From: Candidatus Bathyarchaeia archaeon
GTDB lineage: Archaea; Thermoproteota; Bathyarchaeia; Bathyarchaeales; Bathycorpusculaceae
Assembly: GCA_038883855.1 (NCBI GenBank)
Contig: JAVZLH010000001.1
Span: 118,552-182,551, forward strand
Direction: 5' to 3'
DNA: 64,000 nucleotides
This document shows, piece by piece, positions 19,323-28,326 of the stretch. The notes under the pieces were generated by a model that worked only from the letters and a program-made list of their open reading frames with translations, was not told where the DNA came from and ran no database searches. The first letter of the stretch is position 1. Each line of letters begins with the position of its first letter. Made by a program: the position numbers and the translations under genes.

Positions 19323-19850
19323 ACGTTGCCGGGGGGAACAAAACGTGACGGAAAAATTTGAAAAACCCAACTTTACAACTTTCCTAAGTAAAATGCGAAA
19401 ATGATAATTTTTGCAAGCTTTGAATTGCCCCTATGGTATAATTCCCGAACAACCTATGATGCGCAACAGCGTGGGCATTTTCGACGTATCTCGCATGGAA
19501 GAATAAAATTGCTGGCGCTGACGCCATTCTTGATGTTGGCTATAGTATAGAAACTTCGAAATTCGCGACGATGAAGGAGAAGTAGGGAAGTTGGCTAGCG
19601 GAACATTTTAGCCGATTCTTAACTGCGGTATAGGAATGGGCTATATTCCAGCCCTCTAACGCTAAAAGGGAAAATCTTGTATGTAAAGATTCGGAACAAA
19701 AATAAAGGCGAAAATCGAAGCCTTTCCTTTCTACGACTCAGAGAGATGCGTGGTACAAGCGTAAGTTTCAGTAAATAGGATATTGCGTATTCGCTTTCCA
19801 CCGTAAGAATAATAAAATACTTCCATAATCTTGTAGGAGAGATGACCTAA

Positions 19851-22157
19851 ATGAAACTAACCGAAGCCGTAACACGAGGACGTATTGTTGCTGGACTAAA
19901 AAGTTTTGGCAAAATCCGCATAAAAATGGACCATGCATCATTGATGACTTATTCAACTTTGCTGCTGATCCTCTTCATCGCCTTTGCCGTACGCGCTTTC
20001 CCTCTTCGCTGGGAATTACAAAAAAATGTGATATCTCTCTCCGAGTTCGACCCTTACTTTCAATATAGGCTAACAGAGCATATGGTGCAGTATGGTCTCC
20101 TGTCGCCTTACTGGCCTAAGCCATGGATTGACACTCAGCGTTGGTATCCAGATGGGCAGAACATGGCAATGTCATATCCAGCATTGCCCATGACCGCAGC
20201 AGCTCTCTATATTATTCTTTCAACTTTAGGTGTGAGAATTGAATTGATGAGTTTCTGCGCGATTCTTCCCGCAATCTTTGGTACTTTAGCATGTCTAATC
20301 ATTTATTTTGTTGGAAAAGACATCGGGGGAAAATTCGCTGGCATGCTTTCAGCTCTCTTTTTAGCCTTAAGCTCCTCCTATATCCAAAGAACTTCTGTAG
20401 GGTTCTTTGACGATGAAACTATAGGAATGGTTGCCCTTTTATTGTTTATTTTCATGTTTCTAAGAGCTATTGAAGAAGAAAGACCTGTCAGCTCAACCGT
20501 AAAATATTCGTTGGGCGCCGCCGCAGCACTAGCGTATTTCTGTTCCGGCTGGGGTGCATCATATTACCCAGTGGGTTTGACCGTTTTATTCGTTTTCGTG
20601 TTGATACTACTTAAGAGATACTCACAGCGTCTCCTCTTGTCATATAGCATAACCTTTGGATTAGGATTGTTTGTTGCCATAAATGTTCCATATGTTTCAA
20701 CAAGGTACTTAACATCGCAAGTTATAATGGCTGTTGCCGGAATCTTCATATTGCTTTTTATAAACGAGTTTCTCCGTGCCTTAACCACTACACGTTCAAA
20801 AGTTTTATGCATTATAATATCTTTGGCGGCGCTTGCGGGCGGTTTCGCAGTACTTTGGCACTTGGGTTATATGGAAGCTGTGGCTGGTAAGTTTCTTACT
20901 GTTATAAACCCTTTTCTGCGGGCAGAATCTCCCTTGTTCGAATCTGTGGCTGAGCATAGGATTTCAGCTTGGGGTTCCATCTACTACGAGTTTGGAATAG
21001 GATTAATCTTCTTTATAGCTGGTTTAGTATTCACCCTACGAAACCCTACAAACAAAAATTTGTTCCTGCTTCTTTTTGGTTTAACATCCCTCTACTTTGC
21101 CTGCTCAATGGTGCGTTTACTCGTCATTTTGGCTCCCGCCTATGGTCTTCTGGCATCCGTTGGAGTTTTCAGCATTCTAAAACCTTTTAGCGCATTGATG
21201 ATGGAACCTCAAAAAGTGTTTGCAAAAGCAAAGCATGGTTTAGATCGTGTCGGCAAAGAGTTCAGCGGGGCGGCTGTCTTCCTAATATTCATTATCTTAA
21301 TGACAAACCTTGCCTTTTCACCGCAAACGGGCGGCATACCAAAAGTGTACAGTCAAGCTTACGCTCCAGTTACAATCTCTGCTGGTAGCCTTCCCATAGC
21401 ACCAAACGAGCCCGTACAGGAATGGTTCAATTTGCTTAATTGGTTAAAAAGCAACTTAGGATACAAGCATGAAAGCGAAAAAGTTGTTTGCAGCTGGTGG
21501 GACTATGGATATTGGCTGGCAATAATTGGTAATGTAACATCTCTTGCCGACAACGCCACAATAAACAATACGCAAATAGAGAACATAGGATTTGTATTCA
21601 TGGCTAATGAAACCGACGCATTAAAAATGCTAAAACTTTACAATGCGAAATACATCTTAGTGTTCACAACCTTGTTTGTTGTGACGTATGGAGACTCTTG
21701 GTACGCATATTGGGCTGGCTACGGCGACGAGGGAAAGTGGATGTGGATGGCGCGAATTTCTGGTAAAGCGCAAACTCGCTTTCTTAACGGCGACGCCAAC
21801 GGCGATGGAAAGACGGATGTTCCTAACTTGATAGATGAGGCTTCTTCGTGGGTTAACGAGACTAAATTTGGACAGTACAACGCTACTACAAGTAGATGGG
21901 AGTGGAACGATGCTGGAAAGAACTCCACAATTTACAAGCTGATGAGCTGGGGAAAACAGCGATGGTGCAACCAGAACGGCGCCACACCCGATGAGTCTGG
22001 CATTCAACCTGAATACTTTAAAGAAGCTTACTTTGCTGGCTTAGACTTGTCCGGTGATGAGGCGCTCAGCAGGTACGCAGTAGCTTCAGACCGTGCCTTG
22101 GTTCCTCTTGTGCTACTCTATGAAATTGACTGGCAAAAATACGGTTTAAGCCAGTAA
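19851..22157 (+). CDS. aglB: Archaeal oligosaccharyltransferase (STT3 homologue)
   Basis: 768 aa with a multi-TM N-terminal half and the catalytic WWDYGYW motif (SWWDYGYWLAI). GTAGGAGAGATGA lies upstream of the ATG. Confidence 0.9.
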   Translation: MKLTEAVTRGRIVAGLKSFGKIRIKMDHASLMTYSTLLLILFIAFAVRAFPLRWELQKNVISLSEFDPYFQYRLTEHMVQYGLLSPYWPKPWIDTQRWYPDGQNMAMSYPALPMTAAALYIILSTLGVRIELMSFCAILPAIFGTLACLIIYFVGKDIGGKFAGMLSALFLALSSSYIQRTSVGFFDDETIGMVALLLFIFMFLRAIEEERPVSSTVKYSLGAAAALAYFCSGWGASYYPVGLTVLFVFVLILLKRYSQRLLLSYSITFGLGLFVAINVPYVSTRYLTSQVIMAVAGIFILLFINEFLRALTTTRSKVLCIIISLAALAGGFAVLWHLGYMEAVAGKFLTVINPFLRAESPLFESVAEHRISAWGSIYYEFGIGLIFFIAGLVFTLRNPTNKNLFLLLFGLTSLYFACSMVRLLVILAPAYGLLASVGVFSILKPFSALMMEPQKVFAKAKHGLDRVGKEFSGAAVFLIFIILMTNLAFSPQTGGIPKVYSQAYAPVTISAGSLPIAPNEPVQEWFNLLNWLKSNLGYKHESEKVVCSWWDYGYWLAIIGNVTSLADNATINNTQIENIGFVFMANETDALKMLKLYNAKYILVFTTLFVVTYGDSWYAYWAGYGDEGKWMWMARISGKAQTRFLNGDANGDGKTDVPNLIDEASSWVNETKFGQYNATTSRWEWNDAGKNSTIYKLMSWGKQRWCNQNGATPDESGIQPEYFKEAYFAGLDLSGDEALSRYAVASDRALVPLVLLYEIDWQKYGLSQ

Positions 22158-22161
22158 CGGA

Positions 22162-23025
22162 GTGGTAACTTGTTTGTTTCCAAAGGTTCCAGACCAACAC
22201 AAGCCAAACAAGCCCTTGGTTCCAACAGGCTTAGGCGTAGTATATGTGATATTAAGCGCAGCTTACCTTTTCCTGTTGCATTATTCGGTTGACACTGAAG
22301 AGGCTTTAACATTAGCTGCTTGCATATTGTTCGGCGGCTTTATGGGATTGCTTGACGATTGGATGGATTTAAGGTGGCGCTACAAAGCTTTTTTCCCGTT
22401 GATAGCTGCGATTCCACTTATTTCTTTGGCGACGAAACTCGGGCTTCGTACGTCTATGGCTATTCCATTTCTTGGAACAATAGTCTTTGATAACTACTAC
22501 TATTTTATGATTATTCCATTAATTGTAACGGTGACCACTAACACTGTAAACCAGCTAGGTGGGTTGAACGGGTTGGAAACTATTTGCCCCTCTATAATCT
22601 TAATTGGGCTAATTTTCCTTTCAGGCTCTAACGCTGTTCTTTTATACTTCCCATTAGTTGTTTGGCTCATGCTTGCCTTTTTTAATTTTCAAGGAAAAAT
22701 TTTTGTTGGAAACTCCGGGTCCTTTGCCATAGGGTTAACGATAGCGGCTTTTGCGATAATTGCTGATTTGAAGTCATTTTTGTTAATTGCACTTTTACCA
22801 TATATCCTAAACTCTTCTTTGATTCTGTTAAATTATTTCTTTTTCAGAACTAAGGCAAACGTCTCCTTTGACGGAAAGAAACTTTTTTCCGATCATAGAA
22901 GAAGTCTCATTACTCTTATCACTTATCATCGTCCTCTTACTGAACGCAAAATAGTAATAATAATCTCTGTTTTGGTTTCGTTGTCAACTTTTGCCGCATC
23001 AATATTCCAGTTGTTTATGACTTAA
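22162..23025 (+). CDS. Alg7/AglH-type UDP-GlcNAc:dolichyl-phosphate GlcNAc-1-phosphate transferase (GT4 polyprenyl-P sugar-P transferase)
   Basis: 287 aa polytopic protein with motifs LLDDWMDL and NTVNQLGGLNGLE (eukaryote/archaea-type NxxNxxAGxNGLE). GTG start 4 nt after the aglB stop. Confidence 0.8.
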   Translation: MVTCLFPKVPDQHKPNKPLVPTGLGVVYVILSAAYLFLLHYSVDTEEALTLAACILFGGFMGLLDDWMDLRWRYKAFFPLIAAIPLISLATKLGLRTSMAIPFLGTIVFDNYYYFMIIPLIVTVTTNTVNQLGGLNGLETICPSIILIGLIFLSGSNAVLLYFPLVVWLMLAFFNFQGKIFVGNSGSFAIGLTIAAFAIIADLKSFLLIALLPYILNSSLILLNYFFFRTKANVSFDGKKLFSDHRRSLITLITYHRPLTERKIVIIISVLVSLSTFAASIFQLFMT

Positions 23026-23104
23026 CCTGTATGTTGTTGTGCGACACACAAAAGGCAAAAATCGTTTAGAGTGAGGCTAATCTTAGAGGTTAGAGGACAA
23101 GCTT

Positions 23105-23577
23105 GTGCACCAATTTAATGTAATGTGGGAAATCACCAGTTTGGTAGGAGTTAAACTGGATGTAAGGGCGAAGACTGAAGCAATCAATTTTGATGTCAAA
23201 GCTAAACTGGAAGAAAGCGAGGAGCGCAAGAGCCAGATGGTTGTTGTAGGCTTCCGCCTTTTTCTGGCAACTAAACCAAGTATTGTTGAAGTTTGAAATT
23301 GAGGGCACCGCAACTTTAGCGGGAAAGGGACATGGAAATAAACGAAATGCTGGAAATCGACCCAGAAACAAAAGTGCCCTATGTCTTTCAAAAATTTACT
23401 AACATGCCTTTACAGCAATTATTTGCTTTCAACAATTTTAGGCGCCCTCCACCACCCGTGATTTGTTATTCTCTAAAAGACAAGACGCGTCTGGAGAAGA
23501 GGTAAGCGTGGAAACGGGTGAAACTGGAACTGTAGGCGTTGAGGTTGCAACGGAGGAAGTAAGTGTTTCTGAAAAAT
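23105..23577 (+). pseudogene. Decayed gene readable only across four successive +1 frame changes
   Basis: Contiguous peptide-like segments in frames 2,0,1,2,0: ...VVVGFRLFLATKPSIV / KFEIEGTATLAGKG / EINEMLEIDPETKVPYVFQK / LLTCLYSNYLLSTILGA / PSTTRDLLFSKRQDASGEEVSVETGETG... Confidence 0.45.
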
Positions 23578-23631
23578 AGTTTTCAGTAACATTTAATAGG
23601 AATAATTCTCTTCCGTTTAGAAACTGTTAAT

Positions 23632-23685
23632 GGCGGGTGAGTGGGCCTCCACCCGTTCCGCAATAAAACCCCGGAGTAGGAGGTG
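23632..23685 (+). promoter_or_regulatory. Structured 5' leader of queT (candidate preQ1-like riboswitch / SD-sequestering element)
   Basis: A 6-bp stem CGGGTG (23634-23639) pairs with CACCCG (23650-23655) around a 10-nt loop. The tail CAATAAAACCCC is A-rich. Loop TGGG can pair with tail CCCG. Loop CCTCC is complementary to the SD GGAGG at 23679-23683. A TATA-like TTTAATAG lies at 23592-23599. Confidence 0.3.
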
Positions 23686-23690
23686 AAAAG

Positions 23691-24218
23691 TTGAAATTTG
23701 ACAGTAGAGATTTAGCGTTGACAGCAGTTTTTGCCGCACTTTACGCTGCGCTGGTCATTCTTCTGGCGCCAATAAGTTTCGGGGTCTATCAAGTTAGGGT
23801 TGCTGACGCTTTACTTCCCTTATCAATGATATTTGGAGTTCCCATCGCCATTGGGTCAAGCTTAGGTTGTTTGGTTGCGAATGTTTACGGCGGTTTAGGC
23901 GCCATCGACATTGTGGGCGGAGCGATTGCAAACTTTCTGGCATGTGTCTCAGCGTGGTATGTTGGCAGAAGTGGGTTTGCAAGTAGGCTTCTGGGAAGTT
24001 TTGTTGAAACACTGGTTATAACTGTAATTGTTGGTGGTTATTTGTCGTTAATATTTGATGTCCCCGTTGAGCTTGGATTGTTCGGCATTTTCGTCGGCTC
24101 TATCATTTCGATAAACATTTTAGGCTTTGCCCTTGAAGAAGTTTTACAACGAAGCGGCGTATGGAAAAGGCACGCTGGAAAAGTTGCAACAAACATTGAT
24201 GCGCATGGTACTACATGA
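23691..24218 (+). CDS. queT: QueT-family queuosine-precursor transporter (ECF S-component-like)
   Basis: 175 aa. DLALTAVFAALYAALVILLAPISFGVYQVRVADALLPL...GGLGAIDIVGGAIANFLA is typical of QueT. TTG start 6 nt after GGAGGTG. Confidence 0.8.
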   Translation: MKFDSRDLALTAVFAALYAALVILLAPISFGVYQVRVADALLPLSMIFGVPIAIGSSLGCLVANVYGGLGAIDIVGGAIANFLACVSAWYVGRSGFASRLLGSFVETLVITVIVGGYLSLIFDVPVELGLFGIFVGSIISINILGFALEEVLQRSGVWKRHAGKVATNIDAHGTT

Positions 24219-26892
24219 AGCGTTCCAGTTTTGTTAATCCTATTATTTCGTCGAAGTCTAAACCTAAAGCATCTAAAACCTGGTCGAATGTTGAGTGGAG
24301 ATAGGCTATGTACTTGTCAACATCTATCTCGTTTTTTGTTGCCAACTCCACCGGTTTAACATGGGGTTCGTTGACGACTTTCACGAAGCTTATTAAGTCG
24401 CCTGCTTTAGGCTCTACGCCTCCTTCTTTTAGAATTCTTGCTGCTTTAACATGTTGAGGTGTTGTTTTTGTGTAACGTTCTGGCTCTTCGCCTAAGACCA
24501 CGTTGAAGGCGAGTTCGTTTAGGCTTTCCCACTCGCGTCTTTTCAATCGCATGTAACAGTCGCGGATGTTTCGGATAATATCCTTTTTTGCGTCTTCGAA
24601 GTCTGCTGGAGTTTTCACGGCGGCTAAGCGTTCTTTCATTTTGTCGAAAGCCTTCTTGATAAACAGCGGTATGTGCCTCTTTTTGCCTGTCAACCCTTTC
24701 ACGTCAACGCTTCCGTCCTCTAAAACTCCTAAATAATTCTTTTTTCTTGAGCTAAAAACTGCATATCGGTAAACCTTGTCCACATCCAAGCTCATTTTCA
24801 GTTCGCGTTCAGTCCACTCTCCCAACTCGCGGATTTGCTCTTTTGAAGGGTTCTTTAGGAAAACGCTGTCCGTGTCACCATAAAGCACTTTTATGCCCAA
24901 CTCCTCCGCCCTATTAATTATTTGGGTTATTGCGTGTCTTCCAATGGCTGCTGTTGCCTCCGCAACTGGCGGGCAATATAAGTCGAAGGTTTCAGCCCCG
25001 AAGACTCCGTAGCTGGCGTTTAAAATTACCTTGAGGGCTCCTTGAATGATGTTGTACCAGCTTCTCAACTCTGCCGTCAAAGCCTTGTCTTTAGATTTCG
25101 GCTTGTACCATTGTACTCGCAAATCTCTAAGTGAACCTATCAGAAGACTTTCTAAACCCCGCTTTTTTGTGCAGACCCAATGGGGTGTTCCTGGAACAAG
25201 GTTTGTGTGGCATTCTGGATGCGGACACAAAATGGACTGGTAGCCTAGGTTCCAAACTTTTATTATTGATGGGTATAGGCTTGGGAAATCCATTATGGCA
25301 ACGTTGAAGTGGACGCCTGGGACTGGTTCAACAACTATGGCGCCCTTGTACTTTTTGCCTTTAATTATGGCTTTTGTGGCTGTCTTGCCTTTTAAGGCCA
25401 GTATGTCTTCGGCGTTTGGGATGAGCATGTTTCTTCTGCGGTGTTCTCGGTGCATGAAATTTCTTATCCAGCGGGAAACTCCTTGGCGACTAACGTCTTC
25501 CATTGGCATGCTGCTGATTCTGGCTAAAACAAGGATAAGCTTCATCACCAGCTCATCTTCGAAGCTTGTAAGCGTGAATGTGATTTCAGCGTCTCTAAAA
25601 CAGTATTGGGCAAGCTCAGTGTAGGTTAACTCTCCTATGCCCTTTTCTAGAGGTATCTTCTCCATTCCGACAAGGGCTTTGCCCACATCGTCGAGCGTAA
25701 CATCTCGATAGCGGTTGTTGAAGGCGTAAATTTGGATTGAGCGGTTAAAGAAGAACTTGTAAAGGTCTATGTGGACACCATATTTTAGAAGACATACACG
25801 CCTACCTACATCTATTGGGACGTCGTCCCTTCTGAAACCGAAATTCTGCGCTCGATGAGCCAGATAACGCAGGTCAAAATCGTCGCCATTAAAAGTTACT
25901 ACGAAGGGATAACTCCACAGAACATCAAAAATGGCTTTTATAAGCTTCTCTTCCGAATCAAAATACACAAGCTCCACACCAGCTGGTAAACGCTCAGCGC
26001 CTTCGCGGACCCCTTCCCGCCTTAAAAGTAAAACCTTCTTTTGTCCATCCGAACCATAAATTGAAGCGCAAACAACAGGGTAAGCAGCTTCTCGGGGGTC
26101 CGGCATTCTTGTTGGAACTGGCGTGTGCACCTCTATGTCGATGGCGGCACGGTGAAACTTTGGAGCTGGATACTCCAGAAGCCTAGCCCACTGCTCAATA
26201 TGTTCAAGCTCCTCTGGATGAGCGTCTCTAAATATTCCCTTTATTTTCTGGATGTTCTCCTCTACTTCTTCCAATCGTTTTGGAACCAGTTTGCCGTCTC
26301 TAACCTCATATATCATTCCCGGCCAAAGTTCACGGTCATAAATGTAGGACTGGTAATACTTTATCTTGGACTCCCAAACTTTAATTGCCTCTGCTGGTAT
26401 TGGGGTATCTGAAACTTTTGGGAAGTCCTCTGGGATTATGTCCCTTATGCATCCTGTTGGGCGTCCACCAATGGCTAACGGGTCTTTCGCCACTATTTTC
26501 GTTACTTTAACCATTTTATCTTGTAGCGGGTCAAACCTCTCTTCGAGTTCGAAATGGTCAAACCCTGGATGTTTTGTTAGGCGGTCTATTTTCTCAAGCT
26601 CGTATGGTGAGAGGTTTGTTAGGCAGTAGGGTTTATGTCCAGAATTGTCATACCAAAAATAGATTTTCCCTGATGTTGGCTCGTAAAGTTTGATTAGGGC
26701 TTTTCCAGCTTTTCCGTCGTATGTGGCTGAAACAAAATATGAGGGCGGCAAGTTTTCAGGAGCCAACGGGGGAAAAGTACGCTGTCTTTTTTCTTTTTTT
26801 ATGGCTTCTGTGAAGGGCAAGGCTTCCGTTTTGGCCTCTTCTTTGGGCTCTGCTCTTGGAAGCGAAAATTCGTCGAGACTTCTCTGCGCCAT
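24211..26892 (-). CDS. polB: Family B DNA polymerase
   Basis: 893 aa with the Exo I motif AAIDIEVHT and polymerase motifs SLYPSII and VLYGDTDSVF. No intein. Confidence 0.95.
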   Translation of the reverse strand: MAQRSLDEFSLPRAEPKEEAKTEALPFTEAIKKEKRQRTFPPLAPENLPPSYFVSATYDGKAGKALIKLYEPTSGKIYFWYDNSGHKPYCLTNLSPYELEKIDRLTKHPGFDHFELEERFDPLQDKMVKVTKIVAKDPLAIGGRPTGCIRDIIPEDFPKVSDTPIPAEAIKVWESKIKYYQSYIYDRELWPGMIYEVRDGKLVPKRLEEVEENIQKIKGIFRDAHPEELEHIEQWARLLEYPAPKFHRAAIDIEVHTPVPTRMPDPREAAYPVVCASIYGSDGQKKVLLLRREGVREGAERLPAGVELVYFDSEEKLIKAIFDVLWSYPFVVTFNGDDFDLRYLAHRAQNFGFRRDDVPIDVGRRVCLLKYGVHIDLYKFFFNRSIQIYAFNNRYRDVTLDDVGKALVGMEKIPLEKGIGELTYTELAQYCFRDAEITFTLTSFEDELVMKLILVLARISSMPMEDVSRQGVSRWIRNFMHREHRRRNMLIPNAEDILALKGKTATKAIIKGKKYKGAIVVEPVPGVHFNVAIMDFPSLYPSIIKVWNLGYQSILCPHPECHTNLVPGTPHWVCTKKRGLESLLIGSLRDLRVQWYKPKSKDKALTAELRSWYNIIQGALKVILNASYGVFGAETFDLYCPPVAEATAAIGRHAITQIINRAEELGIKVLYGDTDSVFLKNPSKEQIRELGEWTERELKMSLDVDKVYRYAVFSSRKKNYLGVLEDGSVDVKGLTGKKRHIPLFIKKAFDKMKERLAAVKTPADFEDAKKDIIRNIRDCYMRLKRREWESLNELAFNVVLGEEPERYTKTTPQHVKAARILKEGGVEPKAGDLISFVKVVNEPHVKPVELATKNEIDVDKYIAYLHSTFDQVLDALGLDFDEIIGLTKLERFM

Positions 26893-26973
26893 AGTCGCCT
26901 TAACCTAACTTTTTGTTAATGGATAGGATAGACTAAAATCTTACTAAACCTAGATTCTACGGCTGGGAAGAAG

Positions 26974-28326
26974 TTGCTTAAGGAAGCTTGGATGCTTGCA
27001 ATTGAAACCCTAAGCTGGATGGAAACGCAAAAATTAAGCGAACGTCTAGCCTTGGCAAAAACTGTTAAGCAACTAGGCATAAGCGACGTTGACGCCATAA
27101 GATTTGCTCACGGACTTGTTTGCGAAACCGTTAGGCGCCGCAACCTAATCGACAAGTTCATTAACAACGTTTTGAAGCCAAGGGCAATAAGCGAGTTAAC
27201 CCAAGGCGTCCAAGCCTTTCTAAGGCTTTACGTTTATCAGACGCGAATAGCCAAAAACTGGTCGAAAATCGACATTGAAGAAGCCCAAAACATAGCCAAA
27301 CTAGCCCGTGCAATTTTAGGATGGAAAACTCTCCAAAAAGTTGAACATGTGCTAGGCTTATTACTTACAGAGAATCCAGCGGCAATATTGAAGGATGTTA
27401 GCGACGAAGAAAGAATTGGACTTTTAACCTTCCACCCAACATGGTTTGTTAAGTACTGCACTAAACTTTTTGGCAGAAAAGAAGCTATAGCCTTGCTGGA
27501 AGCAAACGCAGAGCCGCCGCCAACATACATAAGAATAAACACGCTTAAGGCAACTGAAAACCAGATTCTCGAAAAACTCTCGCAAGAAGGAATACACGTT
27601 GAGAAAGTTGAGGGTTTAAAGTACGCCTACAAAGTTTTAGGCGCAAAAAAGCCTTTAACCAGAACAGCAAGCTTCCAAGAAGGCTTATTCTATATTCAAG
27701 ACAAGGCAAGCTGTTTTGCCGCTGAAGCTGCAAATCCAAAACCAGGAGCAACTGTGCTAGACGTTTGTGCGGCACCTGGAGCAAAGACGACTTTTCTAGC
27801 GCAGTTAATGGAGAATCGCGGCTTAATTTATTCCATTGACTATTCACGGCGTAGGATGGATGTTTGGCAAAGCGAAGTCTCCCGTATGGGTGTAAAAATA
27901 GCCTTGCCTATTATAGCAGATGCGTGCAATCCGCTGCCAATAGTTCCTGAAGTGGACATGGTTGTGTTGGACCCGCCATGCACAAGCACTGGCGCCTTTG
28001 GAAAGCTTCCTTCAGCCAAGTGGAGGCTTACGCAGCGTTTCGTTGAGAAGATGTCTGAAATACAGTGGCAGATGATAAACAACTGTGCTGAAAAGGTTAA
28101 GTCTGGAGGCGTGTTGGTCTATTCGACGTGCAGCATAACAGTTGAGGAAAACGAAATGCTTGTTGAAAAGTTTCTTAAGTGGCATCCAGAATTTTCGCTA
28201 ATGGAAATAACGCCTAACATTGGTTTGCCGGGTTTAAGGGGCATGGAAAAGTGCCAGAGGCTTTACCCGCACATACATGAATGTAACGGCTTTTTCATTG
28301 CAAAACTGTTAAAGAACAGAATCTAA
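26974..28326 (+). CDS. NOL1/NOP2/Sun-family RNA cytosine-C5 methyltransferase with NusB-like N-terminal domain
   Basis: 450 aa with SAM motif VLDVCAAPGAKTT and catalytic Cys motifs DPPCTSTG and VYSTCS. Confidence 0.85.
   Translation: MLKEAWMLAIETLSWMETQKLSERLALAKTVKQLGISDVDAIRFAHGLVCETVRRRNLIDKFINNVLKPRAISELTQGVQAFLRLYVYQTRIAKNWSKIDIEEAQNIAKLARAILGWKTLQKVEHVLGLLLTENPAAILKDVSDEERIGLLTFHPTWFVKYCTKLFGRKEAIALLEANAEPPPTYIRINTLKATENQILEKLSQEGIHVEKVEGLKYAYKVLGAKKPLTRTASFQEGLFYIQDKASCFAAEAANPKPGATVLDVCAAPGAKTTFLAQLMENRGLIYSIDYSRRRMDVWQSEVSRMGVKIALPIIADACNPLPIVPEVDMVVLDPPCTSTGAFGKLPSAKWRLTQRFVEKMSEIQWQMINNCAEKVKSGGVLVYSTCSITVEENEMLVEKFLKWHPEFSLMEITPNIGLPGLRGMEKCQRLYPHIHECNGFFIAKLLKNRI

Noticed and set aside
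19452-19522. Possible C/D box sRNA: TATGATGC ... GCGCTGACGCC about 65 nt apart, with a TGGCG/CGCCA mini-stem
   Set aside because: The C box deviates from RUGAUGA (terminal C). I could find no convincing internal D'/C' boxes and no terminal kink-turn pairing. This is too weak to call without a covariance or snoRNA model.
23083-23391. Two overlapping minus-strand ORFs (102 aa and 93 aa) in the aglH-queT gap
   Set aside because: They are mutually exclusive frames with no recognisable features. The plus strand carries peptide-like text across several frames, so a decayed gene on that strand explains the region better.
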